Origin: Planctomycetota bacterium
Lineage (GTDB): Bacteria; Planctomycetota; UBA8108; UBA1146; JAJFFE01
Assembly (NCBI GenBank): GCA_021776775.1
Contig: JAJFFE010000231.1
Location: 35,844 to 99,843, forward strand
Reading direction: 5' to 3'
DNA length: 64,000 nucleotides
In this document: piece by piece, positions 51,017 through 61,706 of the stretch
How the letters are laid out: every line of letters starts with the position of its first letter
Position numbering within the stretch: position 1 is the stretch's first letter
The notes under the pieces: model-generated
Database searches by the model: none
What the model was told of the DNA's origin: nothing
What the model saw: only the letters and a program-made list of their open reading frames with translations
Program-made: the position numbers and the translations under genes

Positions 51017-53848
51017 ATGTCGCTTTCGTTTCAACTTCACATCACCCCGACTCTCGCCGGGCAGTCTCACAACTGGTCAGGCGCCTCTGCCCTTGGTCGT
51101 ATCTGCGGGGGAAGAACGTCCCTTCTCGATTGGTTGGAAATTCAACTGGGTTGCGCCAAACTTCCCGTACCCATGGGGCGGGAATTGGCCTACCGCGCGG
51201 TCCTCGAACAATTGGCTGCTTCGGGTGAATGGGGATCGACCGGTCAAGACGGCCTGACCCGCAGTTTTTCTATCGATCCGCTGGGCACAGCCGCAACCCT
51301 GCTGGCGCACCGCGACGAGTTGCTCCTCTGCGGCTGGAACGGAAAAGATGCGCCAACCGAGTTGCTCGTCGTCCTTGCGCGAGTCGAAACGATCTGCCGT
51401 CGAGACGGCGTGTCGATCGACGGATCGGAGGCGGAACGGCTACTACACGTCGAACAGTTACTCGACGAAGGACGACTACTGCCTAGCTACACGTTGCTTG
51501 TCGAAGCGCCGGCTTTCCAGTGGCCGCACCGGTGGCGAAAGCTCCTCGCACGACTCCGCCCGGAGACCAGCGAGTCCGCCGCTGCCCCCACTGACAGCGA
51601 TCGAGCCGCCCGTCCTGACAGCGCCCTAGTACACGTGCAGGCCTCTTTCCAAGGGCTGCTCAAGGACTCCCAGCCGGAGCTATCCGTGCTTCCCGATGAA
51701 TCACTCCAATGGTGGCGCGCGGCGAGCGCGTCTGCGGCGTGTGAGTCGGTGGCAGATATCCTGGATCGTGCCGCTACGAACGATCCAGCCCCGCGGATCG
51801 CCGTGCTGTGCGAAGAGCCGTCACTCGCACGACAACTCGATGGTGCACTCGAAAGACGCGGCGCCCCAACGCTCGGAGTCGCGATCGACCGGGCCCCCTT
51901 GCCCGCGTTGCAAGTGCTGCCGCTCGCGCTCGAGTTGGGTTGGGATCCACTCGATCCGCAAGTATTACTCGACTTTCTCACCTTGCCCCTCACCCCACTC
52001 ACACCGTCGCTCGCAAGAAGATTGGCGCGCGCGATCGGCGAAGCGCCGGGGATCGGTTCGGACTCGTGGGAAGCGGAACTCACGAGCTGCGAGGAAGTCG
52101 CGCTCGAAACAGATCCCGATACGGACGTCGCATGGATACGGAATCAGGTTCGCGACTGGATCGATTCTCCGCGTCACGATCGGACCGCCGGCTTGGATCG
52201 ACAGTGGATCACACGGCGCGCGTTGCAGGTGTCCCGGTGGGGAACGCGACAAGCGGCCAAGTTTCGTGACTCCGACCCCGAACGTTCTCGATCGCTGGCC
52301 GCCGCCGCGCGCCAAGCGGAGTTGCTGTGCCAGTTGATCGACGAAGATTGGATCGCCAGCGGTGAACGCGTCTCCGAGCCGCTCCTCGCCCGGCTACTCG
52401 ATGCCGTCAGCCGCTCGAGCAGCGTCAGCCATCCCAGGGTTCGCCTGGCCGGGAGCGCACGTTGGGTACGCGGACTGAGCGAGCTAGTCGGGGACGCGGC
52501 TCAGTTCGATCATTTGATCTGGCTCGGCACCAGCGCGCGCGACAGCCACCGCTCTCGCTGGTGCACGACCGACCTGCGTGACATGCAGGCCGGCGGTATC
52601 GACATCGATGACGGGCAGCGGGCACTGAAAACCGTTCGGGCGTCTGAGCTCCGCGCTTGGGGTGGCATTCGTCGATCCGTCGTCGCGATAGAAATTCCAT
52701 CCGATCACGACCATCGCCCCCACCCATTGTGGCTTCGGGTACGGCAATCGCTGACCAGGACATTGGACGACGGTTCGATCTTCCCTGTCGAACCGCGCTC
52801 GCTCGAACACGCCCTGCACGAATCGGCGCTAGCCGCGCCAGCTCATCGGGAGAACGCAGCGGCTGCTTCAACCAAGGCGTTCGTTCGGAGCCACGACGTC
52901 ACGCACGAGCCACCGCGACGATCTCCGACGGTGTGGCACGTCGATCCAACACTTCTTCACGATCGCGAGCGAAGCTCGTCGACGAGCTTGGATCGAAGGT
53001 TGAAGTGCCCACTCGCGTGGACCCTCAACTACATCGCCAAGGTCCGTAAGAGCGAAGCCGTGCGGGTCAACCTGGACAATCGTCTCAAGGGAACGTTCTG
53101 CCACCACGTTCTGGAGCGCGTGCTGCCCACGGCCGACCTGAGCGACGTCGACGCGGTCGTCTCGCGCGTCGAGACAGTGTTCGACGAACGAGTTGCCAAG
53201 GAAGCGGCTCCACTCGCCCAGACCACGGCCACGGCCGACCGGGCACGACTACGAAAGGACCTAGCCCACGCCACGAGGACCTTGGTCGCAGTCCTCGCTC
53301 GCGGCGGCTACCGAATCGTAGCGATGGAAAAAGAGTGCACCCGTCCCTTCGAAGATCGCGAGCTGCAAGGGTTCATCGACTGCCTAGTCATCGACGAACA
53401 TGGACACGAAGCGGTCGTCGACTTCAAGTACACGTCGTGGGCGTCCGGCTATCGCACGCACATCAAAGACGGGACTGCGCTGCAACTCGCCACTTACGGT
53501 GCGCTGCGACAAACGGCGGCCGACGGTGCGCGTTTTCCCCGGGTAGCGTATCTCATGTTGATGACCGGTGAACTGATGACTCCGGACGGCTCTCCTCTGC
53601 TTGGCGCCGGCGAAACAGACATCGTCTCGGGTGCCCCAGCTATGGCCGAGGTGTGGGCGGAGTTCACCCGAACCCTACGCGGCGCAGAAGGGTGGTTGCA
53701 GTCGGGTGACATTCCCGTCCGTCCACGGCAGGCAGCCAGCGACTGGCCGCCGGGGATCGACCGAATCATCCATCCGTCGAATCCTCCGAAAGAGGTCTGT
53801 CGGTTCTGTGACTACAAGATGCTCTGCGGACTCGAGGAGGCACGCTGA
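51017..53848 (+). CDS. AddB-like PD-(D/E)XK nuclease with degenerate helicase scaffold and probable Fe-S staple
   Basis: SSTSLDRRLKCPLAW, GTFCHHVLE, E...GFIDCL...VVDFKY...LQLATY and terminal CRFCDYKMLC. Confidence 0.85.
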   Translation: MSLSFQLHITPTLAGQSHNWSGASALGRICGGRTSLLDWLEIQLGCAKLPVPMGRELAYRAVLEQLAASGEWGSTGQDGLTRSFSIDPLGTAATLLAHRDELLLCGWNGKDAPTELLVVLARVETICRRDGVSIDGSEAERLLHVEQLLDEGRLLPSYTLLVEAPAFQWPHRWRKLLARLRPETSESAAAPTDSDRAARPDSALVHVQASFQGLLKDSQPELSVLPDESLQWWRAASASAACESVADILDRAATNDPAPRIAVLCEEPSLARQLDGALERRGAPTLGVAIDRAPLPALQVLPLALELGWDPLDPQVLLDFLTLPLTPLTPSLARRLARAIGEAPGIGSDSWEAELTSCEEVALETDPDTDVAWIRNQVRDWIDSPRHDRTAGLDRQWITRRALQVSRWGTRQAAKFRDSDPERSRSLAAAARQAELLCQLIDEDWIASGERVSEPLLARLLDAVSRSSSVSHPRVRLAGSARWVRGLSELVGDAAQFDHLIWLGTSARDSHRSRWCTTDLRDMQAGGIDIDDGQRALKTVRASELRAWGGIRRSVVAIEIPSDHDHRPHPLWLRVRQSLTRTLDDGSIFPVEPRSLEHALHESALAAPAHRENAAAASTKAFVRSHDVTHEPPRRSPTVWHVDPTLLHDRERSSSTSLDRRLKCPLAWTLNYIAKVRKSEAVRVNLDNRLKGTFCHHVLERVLPTADLSDVDAVVSRVETVFDERVAKEAAPLAQTTATADRARLRKDLAHATRTLVAVLARGGYRIVAMEKECTRPFEDRELQGFIDCLVIDEHGHEAVVDFKYTSWASGYRTHIKDGTALQLATYGALRQTAADGARFPRVAYLMLMTGELMTPDGSPLLGAGETDIVSGAPAMAEVWAEFTRTLRGAEGWLQSGDIPVRPRQAASDWPPGIDRIIHPSNPPKEVCRFCDYKMLCGLEEAR

Positions 53849-56800
53849 TGGGTCGACTAAATGTTTCGCGCGCCAGCGCCGGTACCGGAAAGACCTACTC
53901 CATCTGCGAGGCCATTGTCGCTCGTGTTCGCGACGGGTTGGACCCCGCTCGCATTCTCGCCACGACCTTTACCGTGAAAGCGGCGGCGGAGCTCAAGGGG
54001 AGGATTCAGGCGCGGCTGCTCGGGGAGAAAACGCTGCCTCTTCCCGAACGCATCGAACGATCCGAACGTTTGGAGTTGGCGTGCCTGGGCACGGTCGACA
54101 GCGTGGCCAAGCAACTGCTCGAACGATTCGCACTGGAGTTGGGCATCTCTCCCGAGGTACGGGTCGTCGAAGAGGAATCGAGCGAACGGTACTTGCGGCG
54201 TATTCTGCGTGAGCTCCCCGCGGATGAGTGGCGCGAGTTCACGGTCCGCGCCGAACGGCTGAGCTTGATCGATTCCCGCAATCGAACGCGCGATGCGTCT
54301 CGGCTTCTGCTAGCGCTGCTGCGCGTACGTCGCGAGAACCAAATCGGCGACGCGCCGTTCGCCGCAGACATGCAACGTTCCGTCGACGAACTGTGCACGA
54401 TGCTCGCTCCGGACGGCCCCGACGACTCGCTCCCGGGAATCGCTGAACTGCGTCGCCTGATTTCTGAAGCGTTGACGTTATTGCCGGTCGCCGGCGATAC
54501 CACCACGACGAGCACGCCGAACGCCATAGCCAAGCTCCGACGTCAATATCCGAGCAACCCGCCGTGGGAGATGTTCGCCACCTGCGCTACGATCAAAGCA
54601 GCCAAAGCGTCGAACGACGCGTTGAATTCCCTACGTGACTACGCCACCACGGCGCGTTACCAGCCCGCTCTGCACGACGATCTTCGTACATTCATGCGGC
54701 TCGCCACCGAGCTCACGGTGCAACTCTCCGATCGCTACACTTCGTTCAAGCGCGAGCGCGGAGTGTACGACTTCACGGATCTCGAGGTCGAAGTCGATCG
54801 CTTGCTACACCACCCATCGCTCGGCCCGCGTGTCGCCGCCGAGTTCGATTTCGTGGTCGTCGATGAGTTTCAAGACACGAGTCCACTACAGTTGGCGATC
54901 TTCGCGCGCTTGCGTGACATGATCGACGACAACTACTGGGTCGGAGACGAGAAGCAGGCGATATACGGCTTCCGTGGGGCCGACGCGAGGCTCATGCGTC
55001 GCGTCTGGACGGCAGCCGAAGGCGACGCCAAGAGTGATTCCAGCGAGGTGCAGATCCATCACTTGGAGAAGAACTTTCGCAGCCGTGAGGGGCTGGTGGA
55101 ATTCGTCAACGAGACGTTTGCTCCGGTCCTCGGAGAAACAGTGAAGGTGACGGCAGCCCGCACGCCGACCTCCGACGATCCGGATTGCGGAACGCTCGAA
55201 CGCTGGGGATACGCTGGCAAGGGAGTCAAAGTCGTCGAGCCGAAGTTCGTCGCCGCTGGCGTGTCGCAATGGTTGCGAAATGGCACGCGCCCCGGGTCAG
55301 TGGCGGTTCTTGCTCGCAAGAAGAAACACGTCTACGCCATCGCCGATGAACTAGCGGCGCTCGGCATACCGGCGGTGGTTGAGCGGCCCGGCTTGCTGAA
55401 GACGCGCGAGTGCCAAATTGCGGTGGCGGGATTGCGGCTGGTCGCCGATCTCACCGATGGACTCGCCGCCGCGACCATCCTCCACTTGATCGAAGTGCAC
55501 GGACCAGACCTAGCGGACCGCACGCCAAGCTGGTTCGGCGAGCGTTTGAGTCAAATGGCCAACCGCAACGGCGGCCGACTCGCCGCGTTCGCCGACAACC
55601 CGACGCTCGCTCCGCTTCATGCGGTTCATGAACGCAGCGCCATCTCGAGCCCCGCCGAATGCTTGATCGAGGTGATCGCCGCGTTGGCGCTCACCGGTGA
55701 AGTCGCCCGTTGGGGCGAAGCGAGCAAGCGCGCGAGTCATCTCGACGCGCTCGTCGCGCATACCCACACGTACCAAGCGGAGTGCGCCAACGCCGCCCGC
55801 CCCGCCACGATCTCCGGATTGGTCGCGCATCTCGAAGATCTGGCGACGAACGAAGAAGACTACTTGCCGTCGACCGGTGGCGTCGATGCGGTCACCGTCT
55901 GCACCTACCACGCAGCCAAAGGACTCGAGTGGGAACAGGTTGTCTTGACGCAACTCGATGACGACCACCAAACCGATCTTTGGACTCCGGTTGCCGACGG
56001 CGAAACCGATCCGCACGACCCTCTGCGTCATCGCCGACTCACCTACTGGCCGTGGCCGTTCGGCTCCAGCTACGGAAAGATTCGCAAAGGAAGTGGACTC
56101 GAACTCGCAGCCTTCGCGAGCGAACGCGGAGTCGGGATCGAACGCGAACAATCCGCCGAGAGCCTTCGGCTGCTGTACGTCGGTATCACACGAGCCCGAG
56201 ATTGTTGTGCGTTGGTAACCAAGATCGGCGGCAAGGTACCGTGGCTCGACCGGGTCCCGGACATCGATCGCCTATTGCCGGCGTCTGGGCCTTCGGGCGA
56301 CGTCGAGATTGCCGAGGTCTCCGCTCGGGTACGTCGAGTCGAACTAGTGACTGCCGCCGTCGATACCGATCGGCCAACGTCGACTCGTTGGCTCGATACG
56401 TCCGCGCGAGACAATGACAACCGCGCCACGACTGCGGCCTTTCACAGTCCCAGCACGCTCGCTCACACCGCACCGACAGCCGACGCTCCGTCGATCGATC
56501 CAACGCGGTTCGAAGCACACCAACTTCCGGGCGACAAAATCGACTTTCCCCGTGTCGACCGGGCGCTGGCAGACCGACTCGGCAATGCCGTTCACCAGTT
56601 CCTCGGCGCGTTACCGTCAATGTCCGGGGCTGACTCCAACGTTCGAACAACGGCCGCTCGTCATGCCCTCGAGACGTGGGGATTCGACGAGATCGACGCC
56701 GACAGTTTGGTCGAAGCCGGTCGCCGCTTCGAAGTGTGGATTGGCGACCGCTACCCCGGGGCCACGTGGCTGACCGAGTTGCCGGTGACTGCGCCGCGTG

Positions 56801-57048
56801 GAGCCACAGCCGACGACGGTCAATGGAACGGATTCCTCGATCTCCTGTTGGTACTGCCCGGTGGCGTCGTCGTCATCATCGATCACAAGAGCGGCGTAGT
56901 GCTCCCGTCCGGAATCGCTGCGTACGCGGCCCGATACTCCGAACAAATCAGCGCGTATCAAGCCATCCTAGAGCACGACGGAATCAACGTCGTCGAACGC
57001 TGGCTCCACCTGCCGCTCAGCGGCGACATGATCGCAGTCCACGATTGA
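53848..57048 (+). CDS. AddA-like UvrD/SF1 helicase with C-terminal RecB-type nuclease
   Basis: ASAGTGKT, TFTVKAAAEL, VVDEFQDTS, VGDEKQAIYGFRGA, NFRS, TYHAAKGLEW, RLLYVGITRA; nuclease GFLDLL...IIDHKS...QISAY. TGATG coupling to the upstream gene. Confidence 0.92.
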   Translation: MGRLNVSRASAGTGKTYSICEAIVARVRDGLDPARILATTFTVKAAAELKGRIQARLLGEKTLPLPERIERSERLELACLGTVDSVAKQLLERFALELGISPEVRVVEEESSERYLRRILRELPADEWREFTVRAERLSLIDSRNRTRDASRLLLALLRVRRENQIGDAPFAADMQRSVDELCTMLAPDGPDDSLPGIAELRRLISEALTLLPVAGDTTTTSTPNAIAKLRRQYPSNPPWEMFATCATIKAAKASNDALNSLRDYATTARYQPALHDDLRTFMRLATELTVQLSDRYTSFKRERGVYDFTDLEVEVDRLLHHPSLGPRVAAEFDFVVVDEFQDTSPLQLAIFARLRDMIDDNYWVGDEKQAIYGFRGADARLMRRVWTAAEGDAKSDSSEVQIHHLEKNFRSREGLVEFVNETFAPVLGETVKVTAARTPTSDDPDCGTLERWGYAGKGVKVVEPKFVAAGVSQWLRNGTRPGSVAVLARKKKHVYAIADELAALGIPAVVERPGLLKTRECQIAVAGLRLVADLTDGLAAATILHLIEVHGPDLADRTPSWFGERLSQMANRNGGRLAAFADNPTLAPLHAVHERSAISSPAECLIEVIAALALTGEVARWGEASKRASHLDALVAHTHTYQAECANAARPATISGLVAHLEDLATNEEDYLPSTGGVDAVTVCTYHAAKGLEWEQVVLTQLDDDHQTDLWTPVADGETDPHDPLRHRRLTYWPWPFGSSYGKIRKGSGLELAAFASERGVGIEREQSAESLRLLYVGITRARDCCALVTKIGGKVPWLDRVPDIDRLLPASGPSGDVEIAEVSARVRRVELVTAAVDTDRPTSTRWLDTSARDNDNRATTAAFHSPSTLAHTAPTADAPSIDPTRFEAHQLPGDKIDFPRVDRALADRLGNAVHQFLGALPSMSGADSNVRTTAARHALETWGFDEIDADSLVEAGRRFEVWIGDRYPGATWLTELPVTAPRGATADDGQWNGFLDLLLVLPGGVVVIIDHKSGVVLPSGIAAYAARYSEQISAYQAILEHDGINVVERWLHLPLSGDMIAVHD

Positions 57049-57491
57049 GACGCTGCGACCCATGGCCGAAGGCTGTAGATCACGTCTTCATTGGACAGAT
57101 CAATAGTGCGTTGCTCCTCTTCGCCCGCTGCATAGTCCGCATTGGGCCTAGTACGATCCGACTCAACACAGCGATCCTGTTCTCCCGCGAGTCCAACATT
57201 GACACGAGGTTGGATCGTCTCAGGTTGTCGCAGCACGCCGACGAACTTGTCCGCGGCGTCGATCCAACCCTCGGAACGCTCCGAATTGGGGCATCACTAC
57301 CCTTCTGAGACATCGCTGTGTCCAACCCGTTGGCGAGTAATAGCGTCTGGTGGGACCTCCCAACCCAAAGAAAACGGCACACAAACCTCATCGGATTGAG
57401 GTATTGACCCCGGTGATTTATAGGTCTAGTTTTCATGCAATGAGAAATACAGGGTTGGCTCAAACGACCTGAAATAGCTGGGAGAATATCT

Positions 57492-58310
57492 ATGCTGCGT
57501 TTTGCAACGCTTCTGTTTGCATCTATGCTCGTCGGGGGTTTTCCGGTCCTTTACGGCGCCGACGTCGACCTTACGTTGGACCCGATCAACCAAACCGTCA
57601 GCACCGGAGACACGGTCGATGTATCTCTGGTCGCGACGTCCGCGGGGCCCGGCTCTCAAGATGTGGTCGCGCTCGACGCGATTCTCAACTGGGACCCGGC
57701 GAAGCTGGCTCTCATTGAAATCGTCAGTGGTAGTGGACACGCTTGGTTCGTATCGGACTTCCTTTTGGATCCCGACGGACTCAACGACGACTTGACCGAC
57801 GGGGATGCGCTATACACCGCCCTCACGCCTCCCGGTGCACCGGCCCCCGCTCCGACCACCGGGCTTCTGGTGGCAACATTTCGATTCCAAACGCTAGCGG
57901 ACACAGCCGGCACCGTGGTTTCGATGCTCCCGATGTCGGGCGCATTCGCGCAGACGCAGGTGCTCTTCTTGTTCGCAGAGGACATCACCGGGGACATTTC
58001 TGGAACCGCCACCATCGTTTCCGAGAGCCCGGACCCAGGGTTCGTTCGAGGGGATACCAACAACGACGATACGATCGATATCGCCGACGCTATCTGGTTG
58101 TTGAACTATCTGTTCCAAGGGGGACCGGCCCCGGCGTGTCTTGATGCCGGAGACACCAACGACGACACGGGGATCGACATCGGCGACTCGGTGTACCTGA
58201 TGAACTACCAATTCATCAGCGGCCCACCGCCACCTAGCCCGTTCCCAGGGTGTGGGACTGACCCGACACCCGACTTGCTCGACTGTGCGTCGTACGGGCA
58301 CTGCATATAG
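57492..58310 (+). CDS. secreted cohesin-like plus dockerin-like protein
   Basis: GGAG RBS; signal peptide; ALDAILNWDPAKL...ATFRFQ; C-terminal FVRGDTNNDD...CLDAGDTNDD...PPSPFPGCGTDPTPDLLDC. Confidence 0.85.
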   Translation: MLRFATLLFASMLVGGFPVLYGADVDLTLDPINQTVSTGDTVDVSLVATSAGPGSQDVVALDAILNWDPAKLALIEIVSGSGHAWFVSDFLLDPDGLNDDLTDGDALYTALTPPGAPAPAPTTGLLVATFRFQTLADTAGTVVSMLPMSGAFAQTQVLFLFAEDITGDISGTATIVSESPDPGFVRGDTNNDDTIDIADAIWLLNYLFQGGPAPACLDAGDTNDDTGIDIGDSVYLMNYQFISGPPPPSPFPGCGTDPTPDLLDCASYGHCI

Positions 58311-58460
58311 ATCCAAATCTAGTAGCACAATCGTAGGCTGGGCCCGGGTTCCGTCGAACCCGGATTGTGGGAAATACGACTCTGTTGGACCGCGGTTCTG
58401 TTGAACCAGCCGGGCTACGACGCCTCGGCTCGCAACGGCGGTCTGTGGATCGGAACTACT

Positions 58461-61400
58461 ATGAAGTGTGTGTGCTTCTCTGGGTTCATCCGGATGGTTC
58501 TCTTGATCTTCGCTGCGGGCGTGCTGCCTCCGGTGACTTCGTGTGATGCGCAGGTCGTAACGTATCGATTCGCAGCGACCATTGACGGACTCGCCGACAA
58601 CATCGCGGGAGATCTCGCAGCCGCGGGGATTTCGCTAGGCGACACAATCTCGGGTCGGTGGAGCTACCAAACCAGCGCCATCGACTTGAACGCCGGCGAC
58701 GCTACCGCTGGGCTCTACGCTTATGTACTCGCCGAGAACTCGGTTCACGCAACTGTCAACGGACTCGAGTTCACCACCAATCCTGCCAATGTCGAAGTGA
58801 TCGTCGAAGTGTGGAACGATCACCCCTCAGGTGGACTGGTTCACGACCGGCTGCAGATTGAGAGTAACGACAACCTCGCCCCGGGGAGTTTTTCGGCGCT
58901 TCCACAGTTCATCGGAGCCGTGTTCGCCGACAGCGTCGCGCCTCCCACGATTCCCCCTGACTTTCCGGAAGCGTGGAGCGATGCGCTACCGAACGAGCTG
59001 TTTCACTCCGGTGAGACGCTCGGCACCGAGCCGTCCTTGGGATGGAACTCGGAGCGCAGCTTCATCATTGCCGAGTTCGATCCGTTCGGAGCGATGGCCG
59101 GTGACGGCTATTCCGTCACGGCCACCATCACTTCTGTCGAACTGTGCCCTACCGCCGCCAATGCTAAGAGCAGCGCAGTCCTCCCGTCCCAATTCGCTCC
59201 CGGCTACGACTTGACGGAAGGCCGCGGAGTGACCGTCGTTCACTACTTGGCGGGAACGACACTGGCAGATCTACAACCGGGCGGCGCCGGATATCCCGAT
59301 CCCTCCTCGCTCATCGCGTGGGTCGAACGGCGGGACGTTCAGTTGAACTCGACACTAGAACCCTCGGTGACCGACTACTGGAACTACGCGTTCAATAGTG
59401 TCACCTCGGTCAACGACGCCACAAACCCCGCGTCGCCGCTGACGACGCTCGATCTCGACATTTTGCTGAACAACGGACCGTCGTTCGGAGGTCAAGACGC
59501 GGCGTGGACCCTGGATTTCTACGACGCGGTGAACCTACCGGAAGATCTGACCGGCGCGAGGGCACATACCGTCTTGTTCGGCGCGACCGACTCGCCGCTG
59601 CTTCCGTCAGTGTGTGGCCTCGAAGAAGCATCGATTGCTACCGACGGCGGCGGTCAGACCGTGAGGCGACGCGCGTCGACCACGCTGCACTTCGCCGACG
59701 GCGTCTACCATCACCTTATCAGCCAGGAAGCCGACATCACTGCCGCGGCTCTCTGGACCGGCGCCGCGTTCGACCTGCCCATCCCGGGCGCGATCGCTCG
59801 CCGGCCGTTCCTCTTCCACGAAGCCGAAGAAGAACTGCTGGCCCACTTCGATACGACGGAGGCACCACAGCTCTTCTCCTCTCACGAGCTGACGACGCTC
59901 GACCCACAACAGGTGGTCACGGTGTGGGTCAGCGCGACCTGTCGGGATGACACGCTGTCGGCGACGGGTAAGAACCGACTAGGCTTGAACGTCGTCGATC
60001 CGAAGTCGTCCTACGGAGCGGGCGCGGTGGTCGAAGTGAACCTCACGATGGGAACTGCCGAGATAGCCACCGGCTACTCTGCCTTCCTGGAATTCGACGA
60101 GTCCGCGTTGGAGTTCGTCGGGGGCAGCTACGCCATCACACCGTTCCCCCTGCACGTCGACGCACCCATCGTCGCGAACGGCGGAGAGATCAACCTAGAC
60201 GGCTCGGTCGACTTTCTCGACAGCCCGGTCGCCGGAGACGCGGTCTTGGCGACGTTGACTTTCGAAGTGCTCGCGACGCCGATCGACGGAGCGACATTTA
60301 TCGCGTTTCGACCGTTCGACCCGTTCGAGAGCGTGATCAGCTACCAGGGTCTCCCCAATCCGACGCACCTTTCCGATACTCCCCCACTCATGATCGACAC
60401 CACGCCTCCCGTGGTGACTCCAACCCCGATCTTCACCGTGTCGAACGATCCCGGCCTCTGCTCGGCTCTCGTCGAGCTGCCGATTCCTCCGACGAGTGAC
60501 GCCTGCGAGATCCAGTCTCTGGTTGCGGTCCGGGTCGACGGCTTCGAACTAGACGATCCGTACGCAGCAAACTGCGCAGGCGTGAGCTTCACCACGGTGG
60601 CGTGGACCGCGATCGACTGCGCCGGGAACGTCGGACAGGGTCTCCAGTTCGTAGAAGTGCTCGATACCGAGGATCCGGTCGTGACTTGCCCGGACATCGT
60701 GGCCGAAGCGGAGGCGGGTACTTGCGAAGCCACGGTGGCGGTTCCGGTCGCGACAGTGACCGACAACTGCACCGCCACCCCAACGATCACGTTCACCCGA
60801 AGCGACGACGCGGGCGCCTCCCTGGTCGATCCGTTTCCTTCCGGGACCACCGAGATCGTTTGGGCGGCAACGGACGAGTGCGGCAACGTTGGGTTCTGCA
60901 CACAGCAGGTGACCGTGGTTCCGTCCAACTCTGCGATCATCGAGGTCGAACTCACCGGTATCGCAGCGCCGGCACCGTTCACCCGCTGCATCCAGTTCAT
61001 CTTCAAAGACGGGTCGTCCTGCGCCGCTGCGGTGAGTGCGTTGGTCGAATTCAGCGGCACTCCGGCCACGGGCACCGCCACCGTCCAGGTCGAGTGTGGA
61101 GCGTGGAACGCGGTGTGTGTCAAAGATGAACAACACACGCTACACGACACGGCGGCGGTGGTCGTCTCAGGTACGACGTTCACGACTCTGAGTACCGTGT
61201 CGCTGCGAAGCGGCGACACGGACAACGACGCCGACGTCGACATCGACGATGTCTTCTTCTTGTTATCACAGTTCGGTCAAGTCGCCGACCCCGGCAGCTG
61301 CCCGTGGAGTGACACGGCAATCTTCGACGCCGACTTCTCCAACAACGGCGTCGTCGGCAGCGAGGACTACGCGATCTTGGTCTCGAGCTGGCTCGAGTCG

Positions 61401-61706
61401 TCGAGTTGCCCATGTGGGTTCTCGACCCTTCCCACCACCACGGCTCCCGGAGCCGCCGTGCTACGCAAGGGGAATGGTGGTGGTGGTGGTGGTGGCGGCG
61501 GCAGTGGCGGTGGCGGTGGTTCCGGCGCAAGCGGCCCAGGGTCACTCCGTCATTCGCGGTCCGTCACGACCGAACCGGCCGCGCTTCGAGAGCGGTTGGA
61601 CCTCAACCACGACGGCGTCTTCGATCAACGCGACGTGCGATCGTTCGAAGAGCGCTGGGGACTCGATGGAGAACTGTCACGCCGTATGCGAACGACAAAC
61701 CGGTGA
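58461..61706 (+). CDS. large secreted multidomain protein (cohesin-like, two HYR-like domains, dockerin/EF-hand-like motifs, poly-Gly linker)
   Basis: AFLEFDESALEFV...LATLTFEV; DTTPPVV and DTEDPVVTCP...TDNC...FPSGTTEIVWAATDECGN; GDTDNDADVDIDD, ADFSNNGVVGSED, DLNHDGVFD. Confidence 0.8.
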   Translation: MKCVCFSGFIRMVLLIFAAGVLPPVTSCDAQVVTYRFAATIDGLADNIAGDLAAAGISLGDTISGRWSYQTSAIDLNAGDATAGLYAYVLAENSVHATVNGLEFTTNPANVEVIVEVWNDHPSGGLVHDRLQIESNDNLAPGSFSALPQFIGAVFADSVAPPTIPPDFPEAWSDALPNELFHSGETLGTEPSLGWNSERSFIIAEFDPFGAMAGDGYSVTATITSVELCPTAANAKSSAVLPSQFAPGYDLTEGRGVTVVHYLAGTTLADLQPGGAGYPDPSSLIAWVERRDVQLNSTLEPSVTDYWNYAFNSVTSVNDATNPASPLTTLDLDILLNNGPSFGGQDAAWTLDFYDAVNLPEDLTGARAHTVLFGATDSPLLPSVCGLEEASIATDGGGQTVRRRASTTLHFADGVYHHLISQEADITAAALWTGAAFDLPIPGAIARRPFLFHEAEEELLAHFDTTEAPQLFSSHELTTLDPQQVVTVWVSATCRDDTLSATGKNRLGLNVVDPKSSYGAGAVVEVNLTMGTAEIATGYSAFLEFDESALEFVGGSYAITPFPLHVDAPIVANGGEINLDGSVDFLDSPVAGDAVLATLTFEVLATPIDGATFIAFRPFDPFESVISYQGLPNPTHLSDTPPLMIDTTPPVVTPTPIFTVSNDPGLCSALVELPIPPTSDACEIQSLVAVRVDGFELDDPYAANCAGVSFTTVAWTAIDCAGNVGQGLQFVEVLDTEDPVVTCPDIVAEAEAGTCEATVAVPVATVTDNCTATPTITFTRSDDAGASLVDPFPSGTTEIVWAATDECGNVGFCTQQVTVVPSNSAIIEVELTGIAAPAPFTRCIQFIFKDGSSCAAAVSALVEFSGTPATGTATVQVECGAWNAVCVKDEQHTLHDTAAVVVSGTTFTTLSTVSLRSGDTDNDADVDIDDVFFLLSQFGQVADPGSCPWSDTAIFDADFSNNGVVGSEDYAILVSSWLESSSCPCGFSTLPTTTAPGAAVLRKGNGGGGGGGGGSGGGGGSGASGPGSLRHSRSVTTEPAALRERLDLNHDGVFDQRDVRSFEERWGLDGELSRRMRTTNR
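61476..61520 (+). repeat. GGT/GGC trinucleotide run encoding a poly-Gly linker
   Basis: ggtggtggtggtggtggtggcggcggcagtggcggtggcggtggt inside the CDS. Confidence 0.85.

Noticed and set aside
51017-53848. Cas4 or CRISPR adaptation gene
   Set aside because: The four-Cys nuclease fold is shared with AddB, the protein is 943 aa and paired with a UvrD helicase, and no cas genes or array are present.
56958-57463. Small ORFs between the helicase and the cohesin-dockerin gene
   Set aside because: No recognisable motif or clear RBS, partial overlap with the helicase, and the region probably holds the downstream promoter.
61476-61520. Phase-variable simple sequence repeat
   Set aside because: The trinucleotide unit keeps the frame and uses mixed codons, consistent with an ordinary Gly linker.
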